A stretch of DNA of 34,786 nt. Source: a bacterium. GTDB lineage: Bacteria; Ratteibacteria; UBA8468; B48-G9; JAFGKM01. The stretch covers positions 1 through 34,786 of the forward strand of contig JAOAEP010000095.1 in the NCBI GenBank assembly GCA_026416755.1. Reading direction: 5' to 3'. The translations under genes and the position numbers were made by a program. Each line of letters opens with the position of its first letter. Positions within the stretch are counted from its first letter, which is position 1. This document shows, one piece after another, positions 1 to 9,591 of this stretch. The notes under the pieces are model-generated. The model did no database searches. It was not told the origin of the DNA and saw only the letters and a program-made list of their open reading frames with translations.

Positions 1-515
1 AAGAGACAGCTTATTATACTTTCCCAATTTTTTTGAAATTCAGTTAGTCGTTCATCAATTCCTTCTTCTATTTTATATGTTCCATATTTTAAACCCCATC
101 TAAAACCATCCCAAACTGGTGTACATTTTAACCTTTCAACCGCATATATATCATTTGAAGGCGCATGAGAAGGCAAATATACTATCAATTTTATATCTTT
201 TTCTGCAAGTTCCTCTCCTAAATCCTTAATTAAATCCCTTTTTGATAATCTACTTTTCTTCCTTTTTACAATCTCATCATATGTTTCATTTGGACTGCAA
301 TAAAATCCAGAACATTGACCTATCGTAAATATAATCCAACCACATTTAATCTCAGATAATTGTTTAACAAAATTTTTAACATTAAATCTATCAACTTTTT
401 TATTCCATTCTTCAACTTCTAACTTAATTTCTTCATGACAACTTGGATAATCTGCAAGGTAATGAACCATAACTCCCCATTTTCTTTCATACATCCATTC
501 TGCTCTATGTTTCAT
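1..515 (-). CDS. Partial CDS (first 171 codons, runs off left edge): putative TIM-barrel glycoside-hydrolase-like protein, tentatively alpha-L-fucosidase (GH29)-superfamily-like
   Basis: Open frame to the window edge, so it is absent from the ORF track. ATG at 515-513 lies 3 nt downstream of the stop (519-521) of the preceding gene. My translation is MKHRAEWMYERKWGVMVHYLADYP...FNVKNFVKQLSEIKCGWIIFTIGQCSGFYCSPNETYD. There is no signal peptide. The functional call is tentative. Confidence 0.55.
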   Translation of the reverse strand, partial: MKHRAEWMYERKWGVMVHYLADYPSCHEEIKLEVEEWNKKVDRFNVKNFVKQLSEIKCGWIIFTIGQCSGFYCSPNETYDEIVKRKKSRLSKRDLIKDLGEELAEKDIKLIVYLPSHAPSNDIYAVERLKCTPVWDGFRWGLKYGTYKIEEGIDERLTEFQKNWESIISCL

Positions 516-518
516 TCT

Positions 519-3410
519 CTAACTCTCATACATTTCTACTTCATATATCTCTGCCTTTGTACCTTGTTTTACTTTTGTTATAATTATTTTCATTTTTACA
601 GTTTTAATTTTTTCATCAAATTTAAATTCAATAACATCTTCTTTATTATCTTTAACTTCTCCTATCTTTTGCCATTCACCTTTTTTCCATATATAAACTT
701 CCATATCTTCTATCGTCGCTGAATATATTTTTAGTCGCTTAAATTCAGGAACAAATGTAAGAAATTTCATCTCAATAAAAGAAGGATTTTCAACTGATGT
801 GGATTTTGTCCAAGAAGACCAACCTAATGTATCTGTCATACCATCACATAGTGTAAATAGGAACATATTTGATATATAAGTATCTGAACTATTAAATTCT
901 ATTTCTCTTCCTTTCCCATAAAGTATATTCCCTTTATTTTTGAAACTATTTTTTATCTCATCTATCTGTTTTTTCAATTCTTCAACTTTTTTAAGACCTT
1001 TTCCTATCTCTGGATATGTTAAAATATGCACCTGATATGGATAAAAATTTAACTTAATTTTTCCATCTTTAACATCAACTAATAAATTCTCTCTAACTCC
1101 ATAAAGTTTCTTAATTTTTTCAAGTTCTTCTGAATATATCTCATCTTCCTGATTACTTTCTGTCATATTAACTGCAATAAGTAAAATTTTTCCGTCTTTC
1201 TCTTTTATCAAAATATCTATATCCTTATTTTTATTTCTAAATTCTAATTTTTCATTTGGATGTGTTAACAAAAATTCTTCAAGTTTTTCTATTGTTTCAT
1301 AAATAAAATCAACACCAAGACGTAAATCAACAGAATTTAAGTGGTCATTATATATAAAAGGAGTAAATCCTTTTGCACCATTTACTATACTTGTCCATAT
1401 CATACAATTAAACTCATCAAAAGTAGGATAATCAGCAAATCTATCAATAAATCCATAAGTAAATGCTTGAGGAGTACACCATGCTGGGATTTTGTTTTTG
1501 GCACTTTGATATACTTCTTCTATTACATTTTTTATTTCTTTTATACTTCTCATTTTCCTTTTTCCACTATCGTCAACACTTGGATTTAAATAAGGATGTG
1601 GATTTAATATGTCAGCGCAGTTAGTATATTTCTTAGGTTCTCTTGTTATAATCATTACAGGATGATATGGGTCTTTTTCTTTTATATACTCATACATATA
1701 TTTTAAATAAACAGGACTTACACCTCTACATTCTGGTTCATCACATAAATAATAAAACCATCTATTTTGGTCTTCTTTCATCTTTTCTATATTATAATCA
1801 AGCATATTAAAAACAAATTGGTGAGGTAATACATCTTGTTTTATTCTCATTGTTTCCTCTTTTGCAATTTTTATCAAGTCATCTTTTTTTATTCCATATT
1901 TATTAAGAAACTCGTTATTCCATGCAAGTTCTCTTAATCTTTCTGCTTCAACTCCCATCCAACATTCCCAAGTATTTACATATTTACTGTTTGGTTTATT
2001 ACCATATCTATTTCTTATTGCCTGACTAACAAGGTATATTGAATTTCCATACCATCCTCTTACAAATATTGGTTTTCCATTTACAACAAGATTTAAATTT
2101 TCATCTATATATACATAACTTCCTTTTTCTGGTTTTTTTATTTTCTTTATTTTTAATTCTTTTTTTTCAATAATTCCATCTTTTCCTGTTAATTCAACTA
2201 TTAAATTATATTCACCTTCTTTCAAATCACTTGCCTTAATTTTAAAATCTACTCTTTTATCTACCTTTAAATCAATTTCTCTTGATAAACTTTCTCCTTT
2301 AAGTTGTATTTTTAATTTTGAATCTTTTATCTTTTCTTCTGGAATATTTATATATACCTTTCCTTCAATATTTTCTATTCTTTCTTCTGGATATATACAA
2401 TTTGAATAGAATGGTTTTTCTATTTCAACTTTTAATTTTTCATAATCCACTTCTACCACTTGAATATTACCTGAAACTACATCTTTTTCATTTAAAATTA
2501 CTATACTTATTTCTTTTTTTCCTTCTTTGCCAAATTTAATATTTTCTACCTTTACTAAATTTCCTCCTTCTTTCAAATTTATTCTTTTGTTAGCAATTTC
2601 TTTTTCTGCTTCAAATACTTTAATTTCTCTTAAACCTATTGCTTTTTTCCCAACATTAAGTTTAATTATCAAATCACCTTCTAATTCTTCATTCTTTATC
2701 TCTACTTCTGTTTTGGTTATTTTTATATCATAAATAGGATTTTTAATAGGCATATTTGTAAACTTTCTAAATTTTTTTACTTCATGAAAACCTCTGTCAA
2801 GAATTGCCCATGTTGATAGTTCATTTACTGGGAATCTATTTCTTGTTATATTCAATAAATATGTATCTGAAAAATCTTTTGAATCTGTATAATAAAAACA
2901 ATATAAAGGAATTTTAACTTCAACAGACCAATAATTTTCTCCTTTAAAAACAGCACTTTCCCATAAACAACTATAATAACCACCACTAGTATTACCTCCT
3001 TCAATCCAATAAGAATCAAATTGTGAATTTGAGGCAGTAACTGCAAATTGATAATAATTCATTCCTTTACCTTCAGGGTCTATAAAAATTTCAACACTAT
3101 CCATTTCCCAGAAACTTGAATCTCTTGGTAAAAACTCGCTTTTTAACTTATTCATATATGGTTCCTCACATCTTATTCCCAAATAGATTGCATTTTCATC
3201 TGTTAAGATTCTAAAACTTGTATCTGCTTTCGGTTTTCCACCACCTTGTGATTGTAAAAGATTAAATCCACTATATAACTTCGCATTTTTCCAATCATCT
3301 TCTTCAAGTTTACCATCTATTTTTATCTCTCCTTTTTTAAAATCTGCTTTATATAATTCTTGACAAGAAAGAATAAAGGGAAATAAAAAAATAAAAGGGA
3401 AGAATTTCAT
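519..3410 (-). CDS. Secreted (possibly lipoprotein) multidomain carbohydrate-binding / putative glycoside hydrolase: CBM9/DOMON-like N-domain, TIM-barrel-like centre, discoidin (F5/8 type C)-like C-terminus
   Basis: 963-aa ORF with GGAGG upstream of the ATG. N-terminus MKFFPFIFLFPFILSC is a signal peptide with a possible lipobox Cys. CBM9-like motifs: DGKLEEDDW, EIFIDPEG..NYYQFAV. Central stretch WFYYLCDEPE resembles a hydrolase acid/base region. The GH family cannot be assigned by eye. Confidence 0.6.
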   Translation of the reverse strand: MKFFPFIFLFPFILSCQELYKADFKKGEIKIDGKLEEDDWKNAKLYSGFNLLQSQGGGKPKADTSFRILTDENAIYLGIRCEEPYMNKLKSEFLPRDSSFWEMDSVEIFIDPEGKGMNYYQFAVTASNSQFDSYWIEGGNTSGGYYSCLWESAVFKGENYWSVEVKIPLYCFYYTDSKDFSDTYLLNITRNRFPVNELSTWAILDRGFHEVKKFRKFTNMPIKNPIYDIKITKTEVEIKNEELEGDLIIKLNVGKKAIGLREIKVFEAEKEIANKRINLKEGGNLVKVENIKFGKEGKKEISIVILNEKDVVSGNIQVVEVDYEKLKVEIEKPFYSNCIYPEERIENIEGKVYINIPEEKIKDSKLKIQLKGESLSREIDLKVDKRVDFKIKASDLKEGEYNLIVELTGKDGIIEKKELKIKKIKKPEKGSYVYIDENLNLVVNGKPIFVRGWYGNSIYLVSQAIRNRYGNKPNSKYVNTWECWMGVEAERLRELAWNNEFLNKYGIKKDDLIKIAKEETMRIKQDVLPHQFVFNMLDYNIEKMKEDQNRWFYYLCDEPECRGVSPVYLKYMYEYIKEKDPYHPVMIITREPKKYTNCADILNPHPYLNPSVDDSGKRKMRSIKEIKNVIEEVYQSAKNKIPAWCTPQAFTYGFIDRFADYPTFDEFNCMIWTSIVNGAKGFTPFIYNDHLNSVDLRLGVDFIYETIEKLEEFLLTHPNEKLEFRNKNKDIDILIKEKDGKILLIAVNMTESNQEDEIYSEELEKIKKLYGVRENLLVDVKDGKIKLNFYPYQVHILTYPEIGKGLKKVEELKKQIDEIKNSFKNKGNILYGKGREIEFNSSDTYISNMFLFTLCDGMTDTLGWSSWTKSTSVENPSFIEMKFLTFVPEFKRLKIYSATIEDMEVYIWKKGEWQKIGEVKDNKEDVIEFKFDEKIKTVKMKIIITKVKQGTKAEIYEVEMYES

Positions 3411-4279
3411 TTTGGCCTCCTTTCTGTTTTTATTTCAAAATAATTGGCTGTCCATATTGGAACATTTATTTTACCTCCAAGTACAGTTGCTTTAATTAAA
3501 AAATTGCCAGGTGAATAAGTATCTATTTCTTTCCCATCCTTTTTAACTGAAGGTTTGTCTATCTTTTCTAATTTTATTTTCCCTATCCATATCTTTTGCT
3601 CATCATCTTCAGGTTTTAATTGTAAAGAACTTGAATTATTTACTTTTATTTCATGTGTTATATAAAAATCATAAAAAGTCAAACTTACATCTTCTGCTGG
3701 TTCTTTCAATATAACTTTAAAAATAATCTCATCTCCTATTTCTACATATCCTTTTTCTTTAATTGCAGGACTTTCTATTTCAATAAGATATTCTGGTTTT
3801 TTTACCATTTTTATATAACTAAAATGTATCTCAGTATTATAAAGAAATATTCTGCAATACTCAAAATTTTTAATATTTTTGTTTGAAAGAAATGGATTGG
3901 TAACAAAAAGACCTGGATAAATATGTGTTACAAAGTTAAAAACATTATTAGGGAAAGCCATTAAAAAATCTCTATATCCTTCTCCATAAATAACTTTTTT
4001 TATTTCCCAAACAAGATATGGATACTCTGAACTAAATTTAAAGTATCTACCAATAGAGTGCTTATCATTTGAAGGTGATTTTATCCTAAATCCATCTTCA
4101 AGTCCTTCAACTTCAAGTTTACCACTCCATGCTTTACCTTCCCAAAATTCTTTTTTTCCATATTCAATAATTGCAAAATTTTTCCCATCTTCAATCCATA
4201 ATGTATTTTCATCTGGATTATACTTTACTGCTGAGAAACATAAAGTTGAGAAAATATATAATACTATTAAAAATTTCAT
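3407..4279 (-). CDS. Secreted hypothetical protein (no recognisable family)
   Basis: ORF track gives 3407..4321. I prefer ATG 4279, which has GGAG just upstream and makes MKFLIVLYIFSTLCFSA an N-terminal signal peptide. Its TGA overlaps the downstream ATG (ATGA at 3407-3410), implying translational coupling. Confidence 0.6.
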   Translation of the reverse strand: MKFLIVLYIFSTLCFSAVKYNPDENTLWIEDGKNFAIIEYGKKEFWEGKAWSGKLEVEGLEDGFRIKSPSNDKHSIGRYFKFSSEYPYLVWEIKKVIYGEGYRDFLMAFPNNVFNFVTHIYPGLFVTNPFLSNKNIKNFEYCRIFLYNTEIHFSYIKMVKKPEYLIEIESPAIKEKGYVEIGDEIIFKVILKEPAEDVSLTFYDFYITHEIKVNNSSSLQLKPEDDEQKIWIGKIKLEKIDKPSVKKDGKEIDTYSPGNFLIKATVLGGKINVPIWTANYFEIKTERRPK

Positions 4280-4302
4280 GGCTTCTCCTTTCTTTTTATA
4301 AT

Positions 4303-5058
4303 TTATCTTAACCTTCCCCACGGCATTCTATAATACCAGTCCTGGTTGGGGTCATATGCTTTATTGTAAGTCCATGCTTCAACATGTCCATCAGCAAATG
4401 CAAATATACAAATCGAAGTTTTAAGATTATCTGTATTTCCATGTCTTAAATTAAACGATTGGCCTGGAGTAGTACCTAAACAAAAAGTATTGTTCCAAGG
4501 AGCAGCACAACCACCATAACCTGTACTTGTAGCTGCAGCATCTCCAAAAATAATCTGTTCAGAAGGTCTTTTTATTTCACTATATTTTTTGTAAGGCATA
4601 ACAGACCCATAATTTCTTCCTCCAACAATACAAACAGGCATTCCATAATGAGCCTCAAGTTGATAGACTAATCTTCCTCTTGCATTTCTATTTGAAGGGC
4701 ATTTCAAAATGCCATTTCTATATTTTGGTGGAATTGTAGCCCAATAGCCACCAGTTAATTCTGGCATGTTAAGATATGTTCTCATAATAAATGGCCACCA
4801 ATATGTTATAGATGGTTCTTGTTCATAAACCATTCCTGAAAATCTATACGCAGCATTATGAACAGCTGGTAAAATCTCATCATAATCTTCAATATACATT
4901 TTCCAAGCAAGAGCAAGTTGTTTTAAGTTATTCATACATAAAGACATTCTTGCTCTTTCTCTTGCTTTACTTAATGCTGGTAATAGCATGGCTGCCAAAA
5001 TAGCAATTATGGCAACCACTACAAGAAGTTCAATTAATGTAAATCCTTTCCTTTTCAT
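4303..5058 (-). CDS. Prepilin-type N-terminal cleavage/methylation domain protein (type II secretion/type IV pilin-like pseudopilin, DUF1559-like with C-terminal H..DG motif)
   Basis: [29 protein letters not shown] is a canonical class III (prepilin) signal. C-terminal RHGN...[11 protein letters not shown] resembles the H-X9-DG motif but with a longer spacer. I prefer ATG 5058 (GGAGGTGAG upstream) over the track start at 5106. Confidence 0.85.
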   Translation of the reverse strand: MKRKGFTLIELLVVVAIIAILAAMLLPALSKARERARMSLCMNNLKQLALAWKMYIEDYDEILPAVHNAAYRFSGMVYEQEPSITYWWPFIMRTYLNMPELTGGYWATIPPKYRNGILKCPSNRNARGRLVYQLEAHYGMPVCIVGGRNYGSVMPYKKYSEIKRPSEQIIFGDAAATSTGYGGCAAPWNNTFCLGTTPGQSFNLRHGNTDNLKTSICIFAFADGHVEAWTYNKAYDPNQDWYYRMPWGRLR

Positions 5059-5102
5059 AATCTCACCTCCTTTTTTATTTTTTTCTTCTTTTTTAATTTT
5101 TC

Positions 5103-6121
5103 TCATAATCTCACCTCCTTTACACTTTCTCTTTCTATTATTTCAACATCAAATATTATCTTTTCAATTTTTTTATCAGGATTTTTTATTCTCTCTATCA
5201 ATAATTCAACTGCTTTTTTGCCCATCTCTTCAAGTGGTTGCTCTATTGATGTTAAAGTTGGATTTGAATATAAGCAATTTATTATATTATCAAAACCTAT
5301 TATACTTAATTCATCAGGAACTTTTATTCCAATTTTTGCACTTTCTCCTATTAAACTTAATGCATAAATATCTCCAAATGTAATCACTGCTGTCGGCCTT
5401 TCTTTCATACTGAACCAATTTTTTAATGTCTGTCTTGCATATTCATTTATCTCTTCTGTCCCACCGATTTTCCTCTCAGGCAAATTTATATATTCTTCTT
5501 TTATTTCAAGTCCAAAAATCTTAAGCCCTTCAATATATCCTTCTAACCTTTCTTTTTGATGTATTCCAAGTGGCTTCATCCCAAATAATGATATCTTTCT
5601 ATGACCTTTATTATAAAGATAACCTATTGCTTTTATTATCCCACCTTTATTATCAGGCATAACATAATCACAACTTACTTTCTCAGACCTATAATTTAAA
5701 AAAACAATAGGAATTTTCTCTTTCAATTTTTAAATAACATCATCTGGTATTTTTTCTTCTATTATAAGTCCATCAACTTTTTTTAATATATCAGGCCTAT
5801 ATAATATTTCTTGATAATTCTCTAATGCGTAAAGTAAAAGATTTAAATTTTTATTTTTTATAACCTCAAATACACCTGAATAAAATCTGTGATAATAAGG
5901 GTCTGATATAGAAACACTTGAAGGAAAGATATATCCAATATTTCCTGTCTTAAACCCATCTTCAACTGGTATATAAAATTTTCTATATCCAAATTCTTCT
6001 GCTGTCTCTATAATCTTCCTTCTTGTCTCTGGAGATATCTTTACTTCTTTATTATTTAAAACAAAACTAACTGTCGTCTGTGATACCCCCTCTTTGCAAT
6101 TTCTTTTTGGTTTACTTTCAT
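5103..6121 (-). pseudogene. LacI-family transcriptional regulator, disrupted by an N-terminal frameshift and an in-frame TAA
   Basis: ATG 6121 gives MKVNQKEIAK, then the frame is lost in a G5 run (plus-strand CCCCC, 6086-6090). The -1 frame continues GVSQTTVSFVLNNKEVKISPETRRKIIETAEEFGY (LacI HTH) and stays open to TAA at 5730-5732. The 207-aa track ORF (TTG 5726) continues in the same frame with the sugar-binding domain (IPIVFLNY...SIIGFDNI...LTSIEQP). Confidence 0.8.
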
Positions 6122-6144
6122 ATAAATTTTAATTTTGTCAAGAA

Positions 6145-6164
6145 AATCTTTTTTAGAAAAGATT
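6145..6164 (-). terminator. Weak AT-rich hairpin after the GH38 gene (AATCTTTT-N4-AAAAGATT), followed on the minus strand by TTCTT and a TTGACA hexamer (6136-6141)
   Basis: 8-bp inverted repeat with a 4-nt loop, read directly. It contains only one G:C pair, so function is uncertain. Confidence 0.3.
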
Positions 6165-6169
6165 CAATT

Positions 6170-8497
6170 TTATTTTTGTTTCTCTAAATAAAAAAATATT
6201 AGTTCATTTGGGTTGATTTTATATGTGACTAAATTATTCTTTGATTGAATTTTCTCAATTTTTTCTTCTATTGGGTTTGAAAGATAAAATTCTATATCTT
6301 CTTCAATTTTAAATTTTAAACTGAACTTAGTATTTTTATTATCAGTTTCTTTTAAACATAAAATATAACCATTATTATCATTGGATTTTTTAAAGTATAA
6401 GATAAAGATGTTATTTTTATCTATTTCAAAAACTCTCTCAACAATCTCTTTAAAATTTTTCTTTATATATTTATCTGAAATATCATATCCAAAATGATTT
6501 TCAATTTCTCCTTTTTTAGAAGTAAATAAATATCTAAATTGAATCATACCTGATTGGAAACATTTAAAATTTGTATACCAATAATTATTAATTACATAAG
6601 AAAAAACCCACCCCTTTTTTATATCTAATTTTTTTAACCATTTACCTGTATTTATGTCTGAAAGTTGTATAAGTGGACTATCTGGACTTATAAATAATAT
6701 ACTTTTTGAAATATCACTTAAAATAATCCAGTCCTCAGTGGAATAATAATCTTTTGCGGTATTTAGTAACTGTTCCTTCTCTGGGATAAAAATACTTTTA
6801 CCTGGACCTGATATCTTAATTTTTGGACAAATTAAGTTAAAGGGAAATGCGAAATATACACCTTCTGGATTTATATTTTCTTCCTTAAATAAGGTATTTT
6901 TTATCTTAATTATTTTTTCTTTATTACATAATTCAATTTCTGATAAAATGTTTTTACATCCTTTCCCTTTTAATTTTAATATAATCTTTTCTGCTTCTTT
7001 GTTTTTGCATTTTTCTGCAAACTTTAGTTTTGAAAAATATCTTTTAAATTTTGCATCTCTTCTTTTTCTACTTTCACTCCATAAAGGTTCTTTAGAATAT
7101 TCATCCCATATTGAATTTCTTCCTTCTTTAAATACAATTTCTTCAAATATGTATCTATTAAATAAATAGGGAGAATCTTTATCAACCATTTCCTCTTTTA
7201 ATTCTTTATCAATTATTGAACTTATAGCACCATTTTCTTCATTTATCTCAATTCTATAAAAATCATTTTCAATTTTAAAATCATTATTAATTTTTGAAAA
7301 ATTCCTTATATTATATTTTTCAAATTCAAGATTTATTTTTTTAAAAATCTCTGTCCCTTTCTTATATAATCTTTCATTTTCAATGTAGGCATTATAGATA
7401 AAATTTGACTTTATTTGCCACTGCAAAATTGAATTAACAGAAAATGGATTTTTTATACTTTCACTTGCACCAAAAGTATGTTCTGCGAAAAAAAATAGGT
7501 TTTCCCAAATTTCATATATTTTTTTTGATGGATATTTGTGTAAACTAAGAATCTCAAGATAAGCATAAATTAGTTCGTTTTCTAAAACTTTTCTGACACT
7601 TTCTAAATATTTAGATACTTCAAAAGCACATGAAGCATTTCCATCTGCCCACCAATCAGGCCATGCTTTTTTATGTATCTCAAATTTATCAAAATATTTT
7701 TTTTCCATATATTTAAAAAATTTTTTAGGTGTTGAAAAAATTATAAAAGGTTGTTTTTCTTTTCCGTTCCATTCTTTTATAATTTTGGATATTTCAATTG
7801 ATGGCGGTTGATTATCCATGGCGACTTGTATACATATTGCATCAAAAGGATAATTATTATAAAAATTTTCAATAAATTCATTTAAGTTTTTTTTAACTTT
7901 TTCGTATGATTCTAAAAAACCAATATTTATCCCTTCTGCATACCAAAAATTCCTACTTGCATTCCAAACAAGAACTCTACTATCATCAGGAGAAATCCAC
8001 CAGAAAGGAACTAAAACAGATGGTGCAAAAGCCCTTATTTCATTTGTTGCCATCAAAAGGTATCTTATTCCAATTTTATTTAAAATTTGAGGTAGATTCC
8101 ATGGAAGCCCATTAATATCACAATTCATTGCAGTAGTTATCTTTATACCGTATTTCTCCTTTAGTTCTTTTATAAAATATAAACTTCTTATTAAGGTTTC
8201 AATGGTATAAAGTTCTGTCATATTTAAATAAAGTCCAGTTATTTCAATTCTTCCTTCTTTTACTCTTTTAATAAATTCTTCTATTTTTCGTTGTCTATTT
8301 TCAAAATAATGTTTAACCTGCCATAATGTTTCACAAGTCCATCTAAATTTTGCTTCTTCAGGATAATCTTCTGTCTTCTTACAATAGAAAAGAACATCAT
8401 CAAAAAATTTAATATAATCATCAAAAAGTTTTGTTTGAATATCTGTATATCCAATGTCTGTGTGTGTATGATGGATTAAAAAAATTTTATTTATCAT
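6170..8497 (-). CDS. Glycoside hydrolase family 38-like (alpha-mannosidase-type), cytoplasmic
   Basis: 775 aa with no signal peptide. N-terminal IHHTHTDIGYTD resembles the GH38 metal-binding HxHxD motif. NCDINGLPWNLPQILNKIGIRYL resembles the GH38 DxFG..lPqil..Gi block. Confidence 0.6.
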   Translation of the reverse strand: MINKIFLIHHTHTDIGYTDIQTKLFDDYIKFFDDVLFYCKKTEDYPEEAKFRWTCETLWQVKHYFENRQRKIEEFIKRVKEGRIEITGLYLNMTELYTIETLIRSLYFIKELKEKYGIKITTAMNCDINGLPWNLPQILNKIGIRYLLMATNEIRAFAPSVLVPFWWISPDDSRVLVWNASRNFWYAEGINIGFLESYEKVKKNLNEFIENFYNNYPFDAICIQVAMDNQPPSIEISKIIKEWNGKEKQPFIIFSTPKKFFKYMEKKYFDKFEIHKKAWPDWWADGNASCAFEVSKYLESVRKVLENELIYAYLEILSLHKYPSKKIYEIWENLFFFAEHTFGASESIKNPFSVNSILQWQIKSNFIYNAYIENERLYKKGTEIFKKINLEFEKYNIRNFSKINNDFKIENDFYRIEINEENGAISSIIDKELKEEMVDKDSPYLFNRYIFEEIVFKEGRNSIWDEYSKEPLWSESRKRRDAKFKRYFSKLKFAEKCKNKEAEKIILKLKGKGCKNILSEIELCNKEKIIKIKNTLFKEENINPEGVYFAFPFNLICPKIKISGPGKSIFIPEKEQLLNTAKDYYSTEDWIILSDISKSILFISPDSPLIQLSDINTGKWLKKLDIKKGWVFSYVINNYWYTNFKCFQSGMIQFRYLFTSKKGEIENHFGYDISDKYIKKNFKEIVERVFEIDKNNIFILYFKKSNDNNGYILCLKETDNKNTKFSLKFKIEEDIEFYLSNPIEEKIEKIQSKNNLVTYKINPNELIFFYLEKQK

Positions 8498-9591
8498 TTA
8501 TTGCCTCCAGAATTGAAATCCAGGACAATTTACAAATTTCCAACCAATATCAAGTTTTTTTATTACTTTCCCAATTAGACTTATAGATAAGGTTCTGAAC
8601 CATGTAGCAAACATAGAACTTTCATTTATTTTTGAATACATTTCTTTATGTCCATATTCAAATTCTTTATCTTTAAAAAACAAAATCCACCATCTTCATT
8701 CTGATGAAATAAAATATTTGAAATTGTTTTATTAAGTGCTTTTTTTACATCTTCCCTTCTATAATCAATTTTGAAATATAATCTTACAAGTGGGTCTATA
8801 CAATCAATATCCTGAAAAGCAGAACTTATTGGATGATGAGGACCTAAAAAACCACCTTTTTCGTTCGGAAGAGACAAGATTCTATCAATAATTATTTCTT
8901 TGTAATTAAAATCTATATTGTCATAGAAAAAAAGTAAAAATTCGTGATAACCACCCATAATAACTTCTGATAAACTAATTTTATTATTTAAATCTATATT
9001 AGGTCCCCATGTACCGTGTTGTTTATTTTGATTTTTCAGTAACCATTCCAACATAATCTCTACTGAGTTTTTTGCTTTTTGCTTATTATGAAAATCTCTT
9101 GAATATTGAAGTAAAGAACCAATATTTAAAATCTCATTTCCTGAGTTGTTTGAACCCTCAGGTGTTTTAAAATTTCTTTCATTTAGCCATTTAACTAAAA
9201 AATCTGGATTATAAAATTTTCTTAAAAACTTAAATTCTTTTTTTACAACTTCTGATAAACAAGTTAGAGCAACTATTACATGACATGTTAAATGCCGCCA
9301 TCCCCACCAATCAAAATTTATATATTTACTATCTGAAACAACAGGGTCTTTAAATAAACCGTCATCATCCTGAAAAGAATTTAAATAATTTGCCCATAAT
9401 TTTATCTTTTCTTTTTCAAATTTTTTTAATTCATTAAATAAATCCAATGTCATAACAGCATAACATGAAGAATAAAAAGTTGGTCTTGAACTTCTCTTAC
9501 CATAAAAGTATTCATAAAATTTTTCCCCTTTCATGCTTTCAATAAATGACAAAATTCTTTTCTTAATTTCCAGAATATCAAATTTCTTCAT
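8498..9591 (-). CDS. Alpha/alpha-toroid repeat protein (prenyltransferase/squalene-oxidase-repeat-like), reading frame interrupted by a -1 shift at 8674-8680
   Basis: Track ORFs 8626..9645 (339 aa) and 8498..8683 (61 aa) are consecutive pieces. Repeats of the QxxDGGF type: FQDDDGLF, NEKGGFLG, HQNEDGGF. The -1 frame stays open for 59 codons and stops 1 nt before the GH38 start codon. Start is probably ATG 9591, because the TTG at 9645 lies deep inside the GH2 gene. Confidence 0.5.
8674..8680 (-). other. T TTT TTA (U UUU UUA) heptamer exactly at the junction of the two frames of the toroid-repeat gene. It is either a candidate -1 frameshift site or the site of a 1-nt T deletion.
   Basis: Minus-strand reading GGA TTT TGT TTT TTA AAG. 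A -1 slip on T_TTT_TTA gives TTT TTT AAA GAT, which is the 61-aa ORF frame. Codon phases were checked against both track ORFs. Confidence 0.3.

Noticed and set aside
435-5383. Plus-strand track ORFs antisense to the minus-strand genes: 435-722, 1341-1589, 2318-2539, 2527-2733, 3653-3886, 4812-5003, 4988-5383. The nested minus-strand ORF 2852-3046 is also in this group.
   Set aside because: Their translations are low-complexity F/L/I/Y/K-rich strings with no motifs or RBS. They lie entirely inside long ORFs that carry clear family motifs. This is typical shadow-frame noise in AT-rich DNA.
5103-5726. 207-aa ORF as an independent, truncated sugar-binding protein with a TTG start
   Set aside because: The same frame stays open upstream through a LacI HTH and is broken only by a TAA two codons before the TTG. 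It is better explained as the distal part of a pseudogene.
5730-5732. TAA read as a sense codon (alternative genetic code) to rescue the LacI gene
   Set aside because: TAA terminates well-supported genes in the same window at positions that fit operon packing, for example the pseudopilin at 4303-4305 and GH38 at 6170-6172. The N-terminal frameshift would remain in any case.
8498-8683. 61-aa ORF as an independent small gene
   Set aside because: It has a TTG 'start' inside a T-run and no RBS. Its sequence continues the toroid-repeat protein after a 1-nt frame change, so I treated it as the C-terminal part of that gene.
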